Under the pieces are notes generated by a model. It did no database searches. It was not told the DNA's origin and saw nothing but the letters and a program-made list of their open reading frames with translations. Source: a virus (Duplodnaviria > Caudoviricetes). From it: a stretch of 64,000 bases of DNA. Below, piece after piece: positions 1-10,216 of the stretch. The number at the start of each line of letters is the position of its first letter. Position 1 is the stretch's first letter. Made by a program: the position numbers and the translations under genes. The stretch spans positions 87,950-151,949 of the IMG/VR virus record IMGVR_UViG_2912765049_000001. One strand, given 5' to 3'.

Positions 1-62
1 GTGCCGGTGCCGATGACGACGCCGCCCAGTTCGTGCTGGTGGTCCTTGAGGATGGCGTTCAT
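1..62 (-). CDS. 5' fragment of the gene downstream of tape measure (probable distal/minor tail protein); runs off the window
   Basis: ATG at 62 overlaps the TMP stop; reads MNAILKDHQHELGGVVIGTG; assignment by synteny only. Confidence 0.5.
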   Translation of the reverse strand, partial: MNAILKDHQHELGGVVIGTG

Positions 63-3000
63 CGGTGCTGCACCCCGCCTCGCTGAGCGCGGCGCAGCTG
101 GTAGCCGACGGCAGCGGCGATCTGCTGTTCGGTGGCGCCGGGACGGTCGATCTGGATGGTCTGGTTGCCGATCAGCGGGGCGGCCTGCTGAACGACGATG
201 ACCTGCACGCGGCCGGCCGCGGCGTCCTGCAGGCCGGTGAGGGCGTAGCCGAAGCGCCCGGCGACGTCGCCCAGGACGGCGGTGGCGCGGCGGCGTTTGC
301 CGAGGGCGAGCGGCACGTACGCCTCGCCCTGCGTGCTCGGTTCGGCGAAGCGGACCAGGCCGCCCGAGGTCGCGTAGATGCCCTCGCGGATGCCGCCGTC
401 GGCGTAGGCGAGGCCCTTGTTGGCCTTGGTGAGGTCGGCGAGCAGGCGTGTCGCGCGGGAGCCGAGGGCCTTCTTGATCTGAGCGGTGGCCCTGGTGGCC
501 ACCGTGATGATCTCGTCCTCGTCGAGGCCGGTCGCGTCCGCGATGGCGTGGATGCCGGTGGTCTTCGACTTCGTCGCCCCGATGATCTTCACGAGGGTGG
601 CGAGCTGCTCGTCCGAGAGCGTCTTGCCCGCCGCCTTGGAGGCGTCGTTGGCGGCCTTCGCCTTCTTCGGGCTCTTGACCGCCTGGGCCGCGAGGTCCTC
701 GGCGTCCTGGTCGCCCTGCTCGGCCAGGCGCGCGGCGAGGTCGCCATAGCCGGAGGCGGCCAGTTTGGCCAGGTTCTGCTGGAAGGCGGTCTGGTCCTTC
801 ACGGCGCTCTTGAGCTGCCCGGTGTAGTCGCCCAGGCTCGCCTTGGACGCCTCGGCGAGGGCTTTGAGCTCCTTGGTCATCTGGCGGACGTACTTGCCGG
901 AGCCGGTGGCCATCTTCCGGGTCAGCGCGACGCCGTCCTCGCCCATCTCCTCGAGGGCCTTGGCGACGTCGGTGCCGGCGCGGGCGGCGACGGTGGACAG
1001 GTCGCGGCGCCAGCGGGACATCGCCTTGGAGGACGCCTTCAGCTTCTTGAGGAAGATGTCGAGGCTGAAGTTGCCCTTCTTGTTCTGGGACTCGCTCGCG
1101 ATCGACGACAGCGTGGTGTACGAGGCCGGGGTGTAGGAGAAGTCCGACAGGCCGCCGTCGGCGTACCAGTCGATCCCGGACGGGTCTCCGCCCAGGCGGC
1201 GCACGACCTCCTCGGTGATCCGGCGGGAACGGGGCCGCTTGGAGTGGGCGAAGGGGACGTATGCCTCCCCGTGAGTCTCGTCCTCCCCCCACACCCGCCA
1301 GGAGCCGCCCTTGGCGATCTGCGCGACGTGGTTCTCCTTGCGCATGCCGCCGTCGGCGTAGAAGTCGACGATCCCGCCGTCGGCCTGCTTGCGGACGTTG
1401 TCGGCCTGCTTGCGCAGCGCGTCGGCGAGGCTGGACGGGTCGGCGCCGAGGTTCGAGAAGACCGACACGTGCTTGGTGGTGATGGTGATCGACTTGTCGC
1501 TGAGCCGGTCCCGGGCGCCCTGGACCGCGGCGATGTTGGACAGGGCGGTGCCGGTCTTGGCGGTGACCTCCACGCTGCCGTCGGGCAGCGTCCGGGTGGT
1601 GAAGCCGACCTTGTTCAGGGCGTCCATCGCCGTCTTGTTCAGCGTCTTGACGGTGACGGACTTCGCGCCGGGGGTGGCCTTGATCTTGGCGATCACGGAG
1701 TCGAGGCCGCCGACGGCGACGGCGGTCTTCGCGTCGACCTTGACGTCCTTGCCCGCGGGGACCGACGACAGGGCGCTGACGAGCAGGCCCAGTTCGGCAC
1801 GGGCGCCCTGCGTGGGAGCGGTGATCTTGTATTCGCGGGTGCCGGGGATGAGCTCGATCGCGTAGCCGAGGTCCTCCAGCTCCTTCTTGGCCTGCTCCCC
1901 CAGCGCGTCGACGGTGATCGTGCGCTTGTCGGGGACGCGCGCGAACTCGGCCTGCACGGCGAGGAGTTCGGCCAGCGTCTGGTCGACTCCCTTGGTCTGC
2001 AGGAGGATCGACACCTGGCCGGGGATCAGACCCATCTGGTCGGCGACCTGCTGGGCCTGGGCGCCGGTGACGCCGTACTGGGCCAGCAGGTCCAGGGCCG
2101 ACTTGCGGGCCTTGTCCATCTCGGTGCGCGCGGCCTGCAGGGACTGCGGCAGGTCCTTGCCCTGCTTCTGCGCGAAGTCGAACGAGGCGATCGCGGAGGA
2201 CGCTGCGGCGTCGGAGATGTTGTTGAGGCTGTTGAACAGCTGCTGCCCGTTGCGGCTGGTCGTGTTGAGGGTGCCGTTGAGGCCGACGAGCTTCTTGCCG
2301 TAGTCGCCGGACTTCTTGATCTGGTCGTCGACGGCCTCGCTGGCGTTGAGGACGGCCTCGTTGAGCCGGGCCTGGGCCGCCTGCAGGCTCACCGACCCGC
2401 CGGACAGCAGGTCGAGGGCGTCCTTCAGGGCGCGGGTGCGCTGGTCGGCGTCGGCGGTGCGGTCGGCGAGCGCGCCGACGGCCACCTTGAGCTTGTCGTA
2501 CGCGCTCAGCGCCCGGCCGGAAGGATTCTGCGCCTCCGCGAGCCGCTTGGCGTCCTTGACGCCCTGCTCCATCTCGCCGCGCATCGACTTCAGCGCGTCG
2601 GCCGCCTTCTTGTACCGCTCGCCGGTGTCGGTGTACTCGAGCTTGCTGGCCTTGCCGGCGGCGTAGTCGACGTACTCCTTGTTGGCCTCGGCCAGGTCGC
2701 GGTACTTCTTCTCCAGAGCGGCGAGGCTGGTGCCCTGTCCGAGGTAGGCGTCGGTGAGGGTCCGCATGGAGACGCCGGATTCCTCCAGGACGTCGACCAG
2801 CTTGGTCTTGCTGTCGTGCAGCTTGTAGTCGAGGAGGGTCTGGGCCGCGGCGGCCCGCACGTTCTCGTCGATGACGCCGCCGGAGTCGCGCAGCGCCCGG
2901 GTCAGGTCGGCAATGCGCTCCTGGTGCTCGGCGGCGGCCTGGGCGGCCTTCTGCTGCTGGGCGGCGAGCAGTCCGAGGCCGACGGTGACGCCGGCGAGCG

Positions 3001-5257
3001 CCAGGCCCCAGGGCCCGCCCATCGCGCCCATCAGCCCGGTCATCGCGCCACGCAGGCCGGTGCCCGCGGCCCGGGTGATGCCGTTGAGGGTGCCGGTGAA
3101 CCCCGACCCGGCGGAGGAGGCGGTCCGGAAGGAGGACGCCATCTGCCCGATGATCGGAACCCGGGTCTGCAGCACGGCGAACGCGGCGCCGTACCGGGTG
3201 ATGGACTGGCCGGAGGCGGTCGCGAGGCTGCGCTGCACGGCCATCTGGGAGTTGAGGCTGCTGACCGCGCCCGTGACCCGGCCGCTGATGGTGCTGGCGA
3301 GGCCGGACATGATCGGGCCGACCCGGCGGTACAGCAGCAGCCCGAACAGCGCCGTCTGCACGGGCCCCGGGAGTGCGCCGAAGACGGAGACGAGTCCGCC
3401 GACGACCTGCCCGATGGGGACCAGGACCGTGGAGAGGGCCTCCACGGCGGCGGCTGCCGCGTCCAGGACGAGGACGATGACGTCGAGGGAGTTGGCCGCG
3501 CCGTCCGTGTCGCTGCCCAGGTCGGCCAGGGCCTCCCCGATCGGGGTGACGCCCTGGGCGAGGTTGTCCAGCACCGTCATCAGGGCCTGCCCGGCGCTGA
3601 TGAGGACGTGCAGGCCGTCGGCGAGAGCGGTCTCCCCCAGTTCCTTCAGCGGCTCGAGGAGGCCCTTGGCCTCGTCGACCAGGCCGCCGAGCCCTTCGCG
3701 GGCCTGCGCGGCCAGGTCGGGCCCGAACAGGGTGGTCAGGTCCCGGGCGTAGCCGATGGCGCCCGTGATGTACGGCGTGGCGGAGGCCAGTCCGGAGGTG
3801 AGTCCGCGGGTGAGCCACTCCAGGCCCGGGGCGAGTCCCTCGTAGATCTCCAGGCCGGTCTGGCGGGTCTGCTTCTTCAGCAGCACCATGGCGCCGGCCA
3901 GGCCCTGGTTCTTCGCCGCGGCGATCGTCGCCGCGGCGCCGTTCTCGTTGACGGCCTGGTTGAGGGAGTCGAAGGAGACGACGCCCTGGTGGGCGAGCGC
4001 GATCGCGCCGGAGAGGGCGGGCTTGCCGAACGCCTTTGCCGCGGCAGCGGTGAAGTCCTGCTGCGACATCTCGTGCTGAGCGTGGCTCAGCTTGTCGATG
4101 ACGTAGCGCAGGCCCTTGAAGCGGCCCTCGGTGTCCCACGCCTCGATGCCCATCTCGCGCAGACCCTCGGTCATTTTCTTCGTGGGGTTCGCGAGATTGG
4201 TGAAAATACCCCGGAGGGTTGTTCCTGCGGTTTGGCCGAGAATACCGGCCTTGCCGAGCATGCCGACCGCTGCGGCGGCCTCTTCCATGGAAACGCCCAG
4301 GCCATGGGCTACCGGCCCGGCGTATTTCATCGAATAGTAGATATCGATGATGTCGCCGGATGCGGCATTTGCTGTTGCCGCGAGAATGTCCGCCGCACGG
4401 CCCGCCTGATCGGCGCCCAGGGCGAATTGGTCCATCATGTCGCCGAGATATTTGGCGGAATCTGCGGCGTTGACGTTCGCGGCGGCCGACAGTTGCAGCG
4501 ACGCCCGGGTGGCGCTGATGGCCTGGTCGGTGCGGAAGCCCGCCTTGGCCAGTTCCACCATCGCCTCGGCGGCGCCGCCGGCGGTGGCGGTGGGCAGCTC
4601 CATGTCGGCGCCCAGGGCCTTGGCGGTGGACGAGGCGCGCTGCATCTGCGATGCCGTGGCGCCGGTGACCGCCCCGAAGGTGGCCATCCCGCGCTGGTAC
4701 TCGTTGCCGTTCTCGATCAGTTCGTGCAGACCGAGGACCAGTCCTCCCCCGGCCAACAGCCCGGTCAGCCCGGCCAGTTCGGAGCGCAGACGGCGGGTGG
4801 CGGACTCCGTGTCGTGCAGGGAGCGGGTGCCGCGGCGGCCGATGCCCGCGAGGCGGCCGTCGGCGTTGCGGGCCGCCCGGGCCAGGGATGCCAGGTCGGT
4901 GGTGGCGGTGCGGAGCTGGCGGGACATGGCCCGCAGGTCGGTGGCCGCGGAGCGGGAGGCGCGGGCGCTGGAGCGCTGGGCGCTGGCGGCCCGGTTGGCG
5001 TCGCTGCCCAGGCGGCGCAGGTCCCGGCCTGCCGAGGAGGCGCCGGTGCGCAGGGTGCGCAGCGGGGTGGCGGCGCCGCGCAGGCCGGTGGCCAGCGTGC
5101 GCAGCGAGCGGTCGCCCGCGCCAAGGCGGCCCACCTCCCGGCGGACGGCGGCCAGTTCGCGGGAGAGGTCGCGGGCCTCGCGGCGGGAGCGGTTGAGGGT
5201 GCGCACGAGCCCGTCGCCGTTGCCCGTCAGGGCAACAGAGAGGCTCCACGCGACCAC
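59..5257 (-). CDS. Phage tail tape measure protein
   Basis: 1732 aa, Ala/Gly-rich; TP901-type core (ELAKAGF...ADILAATANAAS...AGTTLRG); hydrophobic middle; repeated C-terminal ADGG...GEAYVP motif; follows the chaperone genes. Confidence 0.95.
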   Translation of the reverse strand: MVAWSLSVALTGNGDGLVRTLNRSRREARDLSRELAAVRREVGRLGAGDRSLRTLATGLRGAATPLRTLRTGASSAGRDLRRLGSDANRAASAQRSSARASRSAATDLRAMSRQLRTATTDLASLARAARNADGRLAGIGRRGTRSLHDTESATRRLRSELAGLTGLLAGGGLVLGLHELIENGNEYQRGMATFGAVTGATASQMQRASSTAKALGADMELPTATAGGAAEAMVELAKAGFRTDQAISATRASLQLSAAANVNAADSAKYLGDMMDQFALGADQAGRAADILAATANAASGDIIDIYYSMKYAGPVAHGLGVSMEEAAAAVGMLGKAGILGQTAGTTLRGIFTNLANPTKKMTEGLREMGIEAWDTEGRFKGLRYVIDKLSHAQHEMSQQDFTAAAAKAFGKPALSGAIALAHQGVVSFDSLNQAVNENGAAATIAAAKNQGLAGAMVLLKKQTRQTGLEIYEGLAPGLEWLTRGLTSGLASATPYITGAIGYARDLTTLFGPDLAAQAREGLGGLVDEAKGLLEPLKELGETALADGLHVLISAGQALMTVLDNLAQGVTPIGEALADLGSDTDGAANSLDVIVLVLDAAAAAVEALSTVLVPIGQVVGGLVSVFGALPGPVQTALFGLLLYRRVGPIMSGLASTISGRVTGAVSSLNSQMAVQRSLATASGQSITRYGAAFAVLQTRVPIIGQMASSFRTASSAGSGFTGTLNGITRAAGTGLRGAMTGLMGAMGGPWGLALAGVTVGLGLLAAQQQKAAQAAAEHQERIADLTRALRDSGGVIDENVRAAAAQTLLDYKLHDSKTKLVDVLEESGVSMRTLTDAYLGQGTSLAALEKKYRDLAEANKEYVDYAAGKASKLEYTDTGERYKKAADALKSMRGEMEQGVKDAKRLAEAQNPSGRALSAYDKLKVAVGALADRTADADQRTRALKDALDLLSGGSVSLQAAQARLNEAVLNASEAVDDQIKKSGDYGKKLVGLNGTLNTTSRNGQQLFNSLNNISDAAASSAIASFDFAQKQGKDLPQSLQAARTEMDKARKSALDLLAQYGVTGAQAQQVADQMGLIPGQVSILLQTKGVDQTLAELLAVQAEFARVPDKRTITVDALGEQAKKELEDLGYAIELIPGTREYKITAPTQGARAELGLLVSALSSVPAGKDVKVDAKTAVAVGGLDSVIAKIKATPGAKSVTVKTLNKTAMDALNKVGFTTRTLPDGSVEVTAKTGTALSNIAAVQGARDRLSDKSITITTKHVSVFSNLGADPSSLADALRKQADNVRKQADGGIVDFYADGGMRKENHVAQIAKGGSWRVWGEDETHGEAYVPFAHSKRPRSRRITEEVVRRLGGDPSGIDWYADGGLSDFSYTPASYTTLSSIASESQNKKGNFSLDIFLKKLKASSKAMSRWRRDLSTVAARAGTDVAKALEEMGEDGVALTRKMATGSGKYVRQMTKELKALAEASKASLGDYTGQLKSAVKDQTAFQQNLAKLAASGYGDLAARLAEQGDQDAEDLAAQAVKSPKKAKAANDASKAAGKTLSDEQLATLVKIIGATKSKTTGIHAIADATGLDEDEIITVATRATAQIKKALGSRATRLLADLTKANKGLAYADGGIREGIYATSGGLVRFAEPSTQGEAYVPLALGKRRRATAVLGDVAGRFGYALTGLQDAAAGRVQVIVVQQAAPLIGNQTIQIDRPGATEQQIAAAVGYQLRRAQRGGVQHR

Positions 5258-5278
5258 CGCCGCTCTCCTTTCCGCTCG

Positions 5279-6201
5279 CTAGAGGCGGTGATCCCGGCGG
5301 GTGTGCGCCCGGGTGCGCTGTTCGTGCAGTGCTCGGGGGATGAGGCCGACCTTCACGCCGTAGCCGTGCTGGCCGTCGGGGACGTGATCGCGTTCGTGGG
5401 CGATCAGCTCGCAGCCGGGGCAGCGGGAGGTGGTGCCGACGTACGCGAAGCGGTCGCCGCCGGCGTCCTCGTCCCACTCGTCGTGCCGGGTGCCGCAGTC
5501 GGGGCAGGTGAGCCGCTGCAGCTCCCGGTAGGCGAGGGCCTTGGCCCGGTCGACCGGCGTCCAGGTGCCGTCACCGCCGAGGAAGGCGCTGTGCGGGATC
5601 CCCCAGCGGTCGCACAGCTCCAGCTCGGCCCTCAGCTGCGGGTCGGCCCGGAGCCTTTTCCCCAGTCGCTGCGCTTGGTGTTCTGCGCGGCGAGCGCGGC
5701 CTGGAAGAGTTCGACACGGTCGGCCATGCCCCAGGAGGCGAGCAGATCGGTGGCCTCGTCCTCGCTCATGCCGTCCACGCTGGCGGCGGAGATGAGGGCG
5801 GCGGGGAAGGTGTCCTCGTTCCAGTCGGAGCCGGACTCGGCCTGTTCCTCCGTCGGCGGGTGCTCCTTGACCAGCTCGGCGAAGGCGTCACCGGGCAGGG
5901 CGCGGAAGGTGAGGACCTCGCAGTCGGCCTCGTACGCGGCGCGGGCCTCCTCGAGGGCGGCCTCGGCCGCCTTCGCCTCCTTGGCCAGGGCGTCGTTGCC
6001 CGGGTCGGCGTCGACGAGCTGGCGGAGGTTCTTCGCCTGCCGCAGGGCTTCCTCGAAGCGGTCGCGCAGGCCCTGGTCCTGCCACAGGTACAGGGGGACT
6101 TCGGCGGCCTTGCGGGCCCGCAGCCGGGCCATCTTCGCGGACCAGTGGGCATCGGCGGCCACGGCGGCGGCCGGCGGCTCGGTGTGGACGGCGGCGCTCA
6201 C
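5279..6201 (-). CDS. Tail assembly chaperone, long (gpGT-like) form via -1 programmed frameshift
   Basis: Slippery G GGA AAA at 5662-5656; the -1 frame is open to TAG at 5281-5279 (RLRADPQLRAELELCDRWGIPHS...CPDC...CPGC). Confidence 0.85.
5632..6201 (-). CDS. Tail assembly chaperone (short form)
   Basis: Lies between tail tube and TMP; ends ...DWGKGSGPTRS just past the slippery site. Confidence 0.85.
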   Translation of the reverse strand: MSAAVHTEPPAAAVAADAHWSAKMARLRARKAAEVPLYLWQDQGLRDRFEEALRQAKNLRQLVDADPGNDALAKEAKAAEAALEEARAAYEADCEVLTFRALPGDAFAELVKEHPPTEEQAESGSDWNEDTFPAALISAASVDGMSEDEATDLLASWGMADRVELFQAALAAQNTKRSDWGKGSGPTRS

Positions 6202-6737
6202 GACGTCAGCTCCTTCTTCGTGCTGTTGGTCGCGGTGTTGCCGACGGCCGGGACGGCCAGGCCCTGGGCCGGGCGGCGGGTGATGGTGAACTTCGTCTCG
6301 AACTTCGCCGCTTCGTTGTCGGTGGTGAAGGCGGGCGACTGGGAGCCGACGCGGACCGGGAACACGTCCATCGACTTCGAGTTAGGGACGTCGCCCTTGC
6401 GGAGGATGACGACGTAGCCGATGGTCCCCTTCTTCAGGAGCTGCTCGATCTCGTCGCTGACCTTGTCCTCGTAGAAGGTGAACGAGGAGTCCTCGGCCTT
6501 GTCGGATCCGGGGATGGAGGAATCGAAGTCGTCGCCCATGTCGGGCGTCTCGATGCTCTGGTTCTCCAGCGTGAAGCCGGAGATGTTGGCGATCGCCGCG
6601 GACAGGTTGGTGCTGCCGTCGAGTTCGGCGCGGGTCGGCTTGAGGTTCGCCGCGTCGGCGATGGTCGGCAGCCACAGGAAGATGGAGACGCCACGGCGGC
6701 TGTACTTCTCAACCGTCTTGGCGGTGGGCAGTGCCAT
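6198..6737 (-). CDS. Major tail tube protein
   Basis: 179 aa with actinophage tail-tube-like motifs (PTRAEL...ISGF...TPDMG...IPG); synteny. Confidence 0.85.
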   Translation of the reverse strand: MALPTAKTVEKYSRRGVSIFLWLPTIADAANLKPTRAELDGSTNLSAAIANISGFTLENQSIETPDMGDDFDSSIPGSDKAEDSSFTFYEDKVSDEIEQLLKKGTIGYVVILRKGDVPNSKSMDVFPVRVGSQSPAFTTDNEAAKFETKFTITRRPAQGLAVPAVGNTATNSTKKELTS

Positions 6738-6838
6738 GGGATGGGCCCCTCGGGTCTGCGCGTCAGTGCAGGTCGGTCACCAGGTGCTGGTGCCGTGTCC
6801 GCGAAAGGGGCCGCCGCGGTGCGGGGTGGCGAGCCGGG

Positions 6839-7273
6839 CTAGCCGGTCGCCGGGGTCCAGCGGAGCTGGAATCTGATCACATAAGAAACGATAACGGCGG
6901 CCGGGTCGTCCTCCGGGCCAGCGTCTAGAGCCAGTTCGCGGGCGTAGCAGCTGAAGCCCGGCACCGTGAGGGCGTGCAGCCAGGCCCCGTCGGTGTCGCG
7001 TCCGAGGACGGCGGTGCGGACGCGGTCGGCGAGCCATTCCGCCTGGGCGTGGGTGCGGGCCACGCAGTCGACCTGGTAGTAGGTGTCGCTGTCCTCATGC
7101 CGGTCGGTGAACGGGGCCCCGTCCAGGGTGAGGGTGAGGGAGCGCAGTACGGAGTACGGCGGCTCGGCCGGCTTGCCGTCGACCTGGGGCAGCGCCCCGG
7201 CGCCGCACGGCTTGCCGGTCGCGGTAGCGAGCAGTGCCCCCAGTGCCTGGGATACGAGGCGGCGTTCGATCAT
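6839..7273 (-). CDS. Tail terminator / tail completion protein
   Basis: ATG at 7273 overlaps the upstream stop; YQVDCVARTHAQAEWLADRVR motif; synteny. Confidence 0.7.
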   Translation of the reverse strand: MIERRLVSQALGALLATATGKPCGAGALPQVDGKPAEPPYSVLRSLTLTLDGAPFTDRHEDSDTYYQVDCVARTHAQAEWLADRVRTAVLGRDTDGAWLHALTVPGFSCYARELALDAGPEDDPAAVIVSYVIRFQLRWTPATG

Positions 7274-7677
7274 TCGAAGGCCCCCATCGCGGCGGTGGCG
7301 ATCCGTTCGGCGAAGCGGGGCTGGATCAGGGCGAGCGCCGGGGTGACGTGCGGGAAGGGCGGCTGGGCGTAGATCCGGCCGAGGGAGTCGGCGCCGTAGA
7401 AGCCGAGTTCCAGGCGGCGGGCCTGGGGGGCGAAGGTGCCCACCGTGGCGGTGGCGCCGTGTCGGCGGGGGCGGACCTGGACCTGCCAACTGGCCCGGTA
7501 GCGGCCGGTGATGACGTTCGGGCCGGGCCGTCCGCTGGCGGCGGCCTGGATGAGGGCCTGCAAGACCATGGCCTCGTGGCCGACGGCGCGCGCGGTGGCC
7601 GGTCCGACCCGGGCGGCGGCCTGGGCCATGGCGGCGGCGAGCTGGTCGGGGTCGGTGAAGCGCCGGGCGGGGCTCAT
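7270..7677 (-). CDS. HK97 gp10-like neck / tail completion protein
   Basis: TGRYRASW...RRLELG...QPPFPHVTPA pattern; synteny. Confidence 0.75.
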   Translation of the reverse strand: MSPARRFTDPDQLAAAMAQAAARVGPATARAVGHEAMVLQALIQAAASGRPGPNVITGRYRASWQVQVRPRRHGATATVGTFAPQARRLELGFYGADSLGRIYAQPPFPHVTPALALIQPRFAERIATAAMGAFE

Positions 7678-8102
7678 GGGCTGGCCCCTCGCGGGTTGTT
7701 CTCGTCCAGCCAGGTCACGCGGACGGCGATGACGGTGGCGGCCAGGCCCGGCTGGGCGCAGCGCCAGGTCCGTCCGACCAGCGCCGGGTCCTGGGCGGCG
7801 CGCAGCACACGGACGGTGTCGTCGCGGGCGGCGACCGGGGCGTCGACGGGGGTCAGCAGCCGGTAGGTGGTCTTGGGGTCGTCCGGGTAGGGCTGGCCGG
7901 CGACGGGCACGGTGATGCCGGGGGCGGCGGTGTCGTCGAGGACGGCGCCGGGACCCTCGTACACCACGTGCGGAGGCGGGGCCTCGAGGTCGCCGGTGTC
8001 CGGGTTGAGGATGGGGGGCCCGGCCGGGCGGCTGATCTGGATGGTGTCGCCCATCATGAGGTCCTCGACGAGCGCGCCGAGGAAGCGGAGGTCGAGGGTC
8101 AT
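7674..8102 (-). CDS. Head closure protein (DUF6093-like)
   Basis: MTLDLRF...DTIQISRP...NPDTG...VVYEGPG; synteny. Confidence 0.65.
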   Translation of the reverse strand: MTLDLRFLGALVEDLMMGDTIQISRPAGPPILNPDTGDLEAPPPHVVYEGPGAVLDDTAAPGITVPVAGQPYPDDPKTTYRLLTPVDAPVAARDDTVRVLRAAQDPALVGRTWRCAQPGLAATVIAVRVTWLDENNPRGASP

Positions 8103-8479
8103 GGGCGGCCTCCGGCCCACTCGGTGAGCTGGCGGAGCATGGCGGTGGTCAGTTCGGTGGGGCTGCCGTCGAGGTCGTCGCGGTTGAGGGCGGCCTGCTG
8201 CAGGCGGGACGGGTCGATGCCGGCCAGGAAGGCCACGATGGCGTCGGTGGGCGGGACTTCGCTGGCGACGGCGACCTGGGCGTAGCCGTCGAAGACGGCG
8301 GCGTCGACCGGCGGGCGGACGTACAGCACGAGCAGCGGGGGCTGGTTGGCGCGGTGCTCGAGGGTGTAGCCGGACAGCGACGCGGAGACCTCGTGCCCGG
8401 CGAGGGTGACGCCGGCGCGCACTCCGTCGGTGGTGATGCGGACGGAGTGCAGGTCGTCGGCCAGGCTGGGTTCCTGCAT
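8099..8479 (-). CDS. Hypothetical phage protein
   Basis: RBS, coupled to the downstream gene, GC3-biased codons. Confidence 0.7.
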   Translation of the reverse strand: MQEPSLADDLHSVRITTDGVRAGVTLAGHEVSASLSGYTLEHRANQPPLLVLYVRPPVDAAVFDGYAQVAVASEVPPTDAIVAFLAGIDPSRLQQAALNRDDLDGSPTELTTAMLRQLTEWAGGRP

Positions 8480-8521
8480 GGCGGGGAGTCCTCGTCTCTC
8501 GGTGGCGGTGGTGGCGGGTGG

Positions 8522-8743
8522 CTACTCGGGGTCGTCGGTGTCGTCCGCTTCCGGGGGCGGGTCGGCGCGTTCGGTGTCGGTGCTGACGGCGAACCCGAAG
8601 GGGACGTCGTCGGCGGGCGGTTCGGCGGGCAGGGCCTGAAGCAGGCGCAGCGCGGTGGTCTCGGCGGCCTTGAGGGCGGCGGTGCTGTTCTGGCCGACTT
8701 CGATCTCGATCTCGCGGCCGGGGGCGCGGACGATCAGGCGCAT
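8522..8743 (-). CDS. Hypothetical phage protein
   Basis: 73 aa, acidic tail, within the operon. Confidence 0.6.
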   Translation of the reverse strand: MRLIVRAPGREIEIEVGQNSTAALKAAETTALRLLQALPAEPPADDVPFGFAVSTDTERADPPPEADDTDDPE

Positions 8744-9009
8744 CGGCTGCCGTCCTCACCGATGGTGGGCCAGTGCCAGGTGCCGGGGGCCAGCGGTGTG
8801 GCGTCGGCGTGCGGCAGGGGGCCGCTGAAGAAGAAGCCCTCGGGGCTGAAGACGACGAGGACGGGCTGTCCGGCGTCGTCGACGGCGGTGACGAGCGCGG
8901 CACGGCAGGTGCTGGGGTAGCGGCCGTCGGCGCTGCCGCGGGAGACGTAGTGGACGATCCGGCCGATGACCAGGGGCTGGTCGGTTCTCGGGGCGGTCGG
9001 GGCGCTCAT
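8734..9009 (-). CDS. Hypothetical phage protein
   Basis: IGRIVHYVSRGSADG...CRAALVT...GTWHWP; start overlaps the upstream stop. Confidence 0.7.
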   Translation of the reverse strand: MSAPTAPRTDQPLVIGRIVHYVSRGSADGRYPSTCRAALVTAVDDAGQPVLVVFSPEGFFFSGPLPHADATPLAPGTWHWPTIGEDGSRCA

Positions 9010-9854
9010 ACGGGTTGTCCCTCCTCGATGGCGGGGTCGTGGTTGAGGTCCGGGCGGGGGATGAAGCGGCGCAGGCATCCCGGATGGGCGATCGGGTAGA
9101 TGGCGGCTTCCTCGGCGGAGCGGAGGGTGTCGTGGGCGCGGTCGGGTTCGGGATGGCTGGTCCACCCGCACTCGGGGCCGTCGGTGACCTGCACCCAGCG
9201 GGCCTCGAGGTCGGCGGTGGTGGCGGTGAGCGCGCCGGTGTTAGCGACGGTGACGGACTGCGCGGACAGCGCGGCCCGGGCCCAGGAGGCGGCCGGGTGC
9301 TGGGTGCCGCGGCCGTAAGGGACGGTGTCCAGCGGGTGCTGGGTGGCCAGGTCGTCCGTGGTGGGCGGATCAAGAGCGCGGGCGGCGGCGGTGGCGGCCC
9401 GGGCGAACGCCTGGGCCCGGCGGACGATGTCGGTGATGCGGCGGATGAGGACCGGGTAGCAGGCCGCGGTCAGGACGGACAGCACGTCCTGGTGGGTTGG
9501 GCTCCACTCGAAGGCCGGCCTGCGGGCGTCCGGTGTGAGCAGGGCGGAGCGCAGCGCGTCCTCGGCGCCGAGCCGGTAGGCCCTGGGCAGGTCGACGGCG
9601 GTCCACCGTTCGACGAGCGCGCCGACGTCGGTGTTGAAGCGGGCGGTCGCCGCGGTGAAGGCGGCCAGCGCCGTACGGACGGCGGGCGGTACGGCGCCGG
9701 GCCGGGCGCCGCGGCGCCGCGCGCTGGACAGGGCCCGCAGGACGGTCTGCTGAGCGGTGGTCAGCAGCAGCCAGTCGGCCTCGAGTTGGCGTTGGGCGGC
9801 TGCGATGAGCTGGCCGAGGGCCTCGTCGCGGGTGGTTTCGCGCGGGGTGCTCAT
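9006..9854 (-). CDS. Minor capsid / head morphogenesis protein (MuF-like)
   Basis: C-terminal VTDGPECG...HD...PIAHPGCLRRF (HPxCR-like) motif. Confidence 0.75.
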   Translation of the reverse strand: MSTPRETTRDEALGQLIAAAQRQLEADWLLLTTAQQTVLRALSSARRRGARPGAVPPAVRTALAAFTAATARFNTDVGALVERWTAVDLPRAYRLGAEDALRSALLTPDARRPAFEWSPTHQDVLSVLTAACYPVLIRRITDIVRRAQAFARAATAAARALDPPTTDDLATQHPLDTVPYGRGTQHPAASWARAALSAQSVTVANTGALTATTADLEARWVQVTDGPECGWTSHPEPDRAHDTLRSAEEAAIYPIAHPGCLRRFIPRPDLNHDPAIEEGQPV

Positions 9855-10183
9855 CGGCGGGGCCGCTCGCGCAGGTACAGCACGCCGCCGCCCGGGCCGT
9901 CGCCGTCGCCAGGGGTCTCCTCGCCGGGGACGGGCGTGGCGGGGTCCTCCAGCTCTTCGATCTGCCGGTCCAAGGCGGCCACGTTGCCGCTGGTGTCGAC
10001 GGAGACGACGCCGGACAGTGACACCTTCAGCGGCTGGGCAAGCAGCGTCGCGCGGCGTTCGCGCAGCACCTCGAGCGCCACGGCGCGCAGCGAGTGCAGG
10101 CGGGCGTAGCGCTGGTCGAGGTCGGTGGTGTCGGTGGCCGGGCCGAGCGTGGCCAGCAGCCAGCGGCGGGAGGCGTCGTCCAT
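9851..10183 (-). CDS. Putative head-tail adaptor
   Basis: 110 aa helical ORF downstream of capsid; synteny. Confidence 0.55.
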   Translation of the reverse strand: MDDASRRWLLATLGPATDTTDLDQRYARLHSLRAVALEVLRERRATLLAQPLKVSLSGVVSVDTSGNVAALDRQIEELEDPATPVPGEETPGDGDGPGGGVLYLRERPRR

Positions 10184-10216
10184 GGGGCAGCCCCAGACGG
10201 GTGGGAAGAAAAGGGG

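Noticed and set aside
65-6283. Very long antisense ORFs (65-6283 +, 31983-37055 +, 43651-47628 - and many similar)
   Set aside because: Shadow frames of real genes in high-GC DNA; no recognisable motifs, and they overlap well-supported genes on the other strand.
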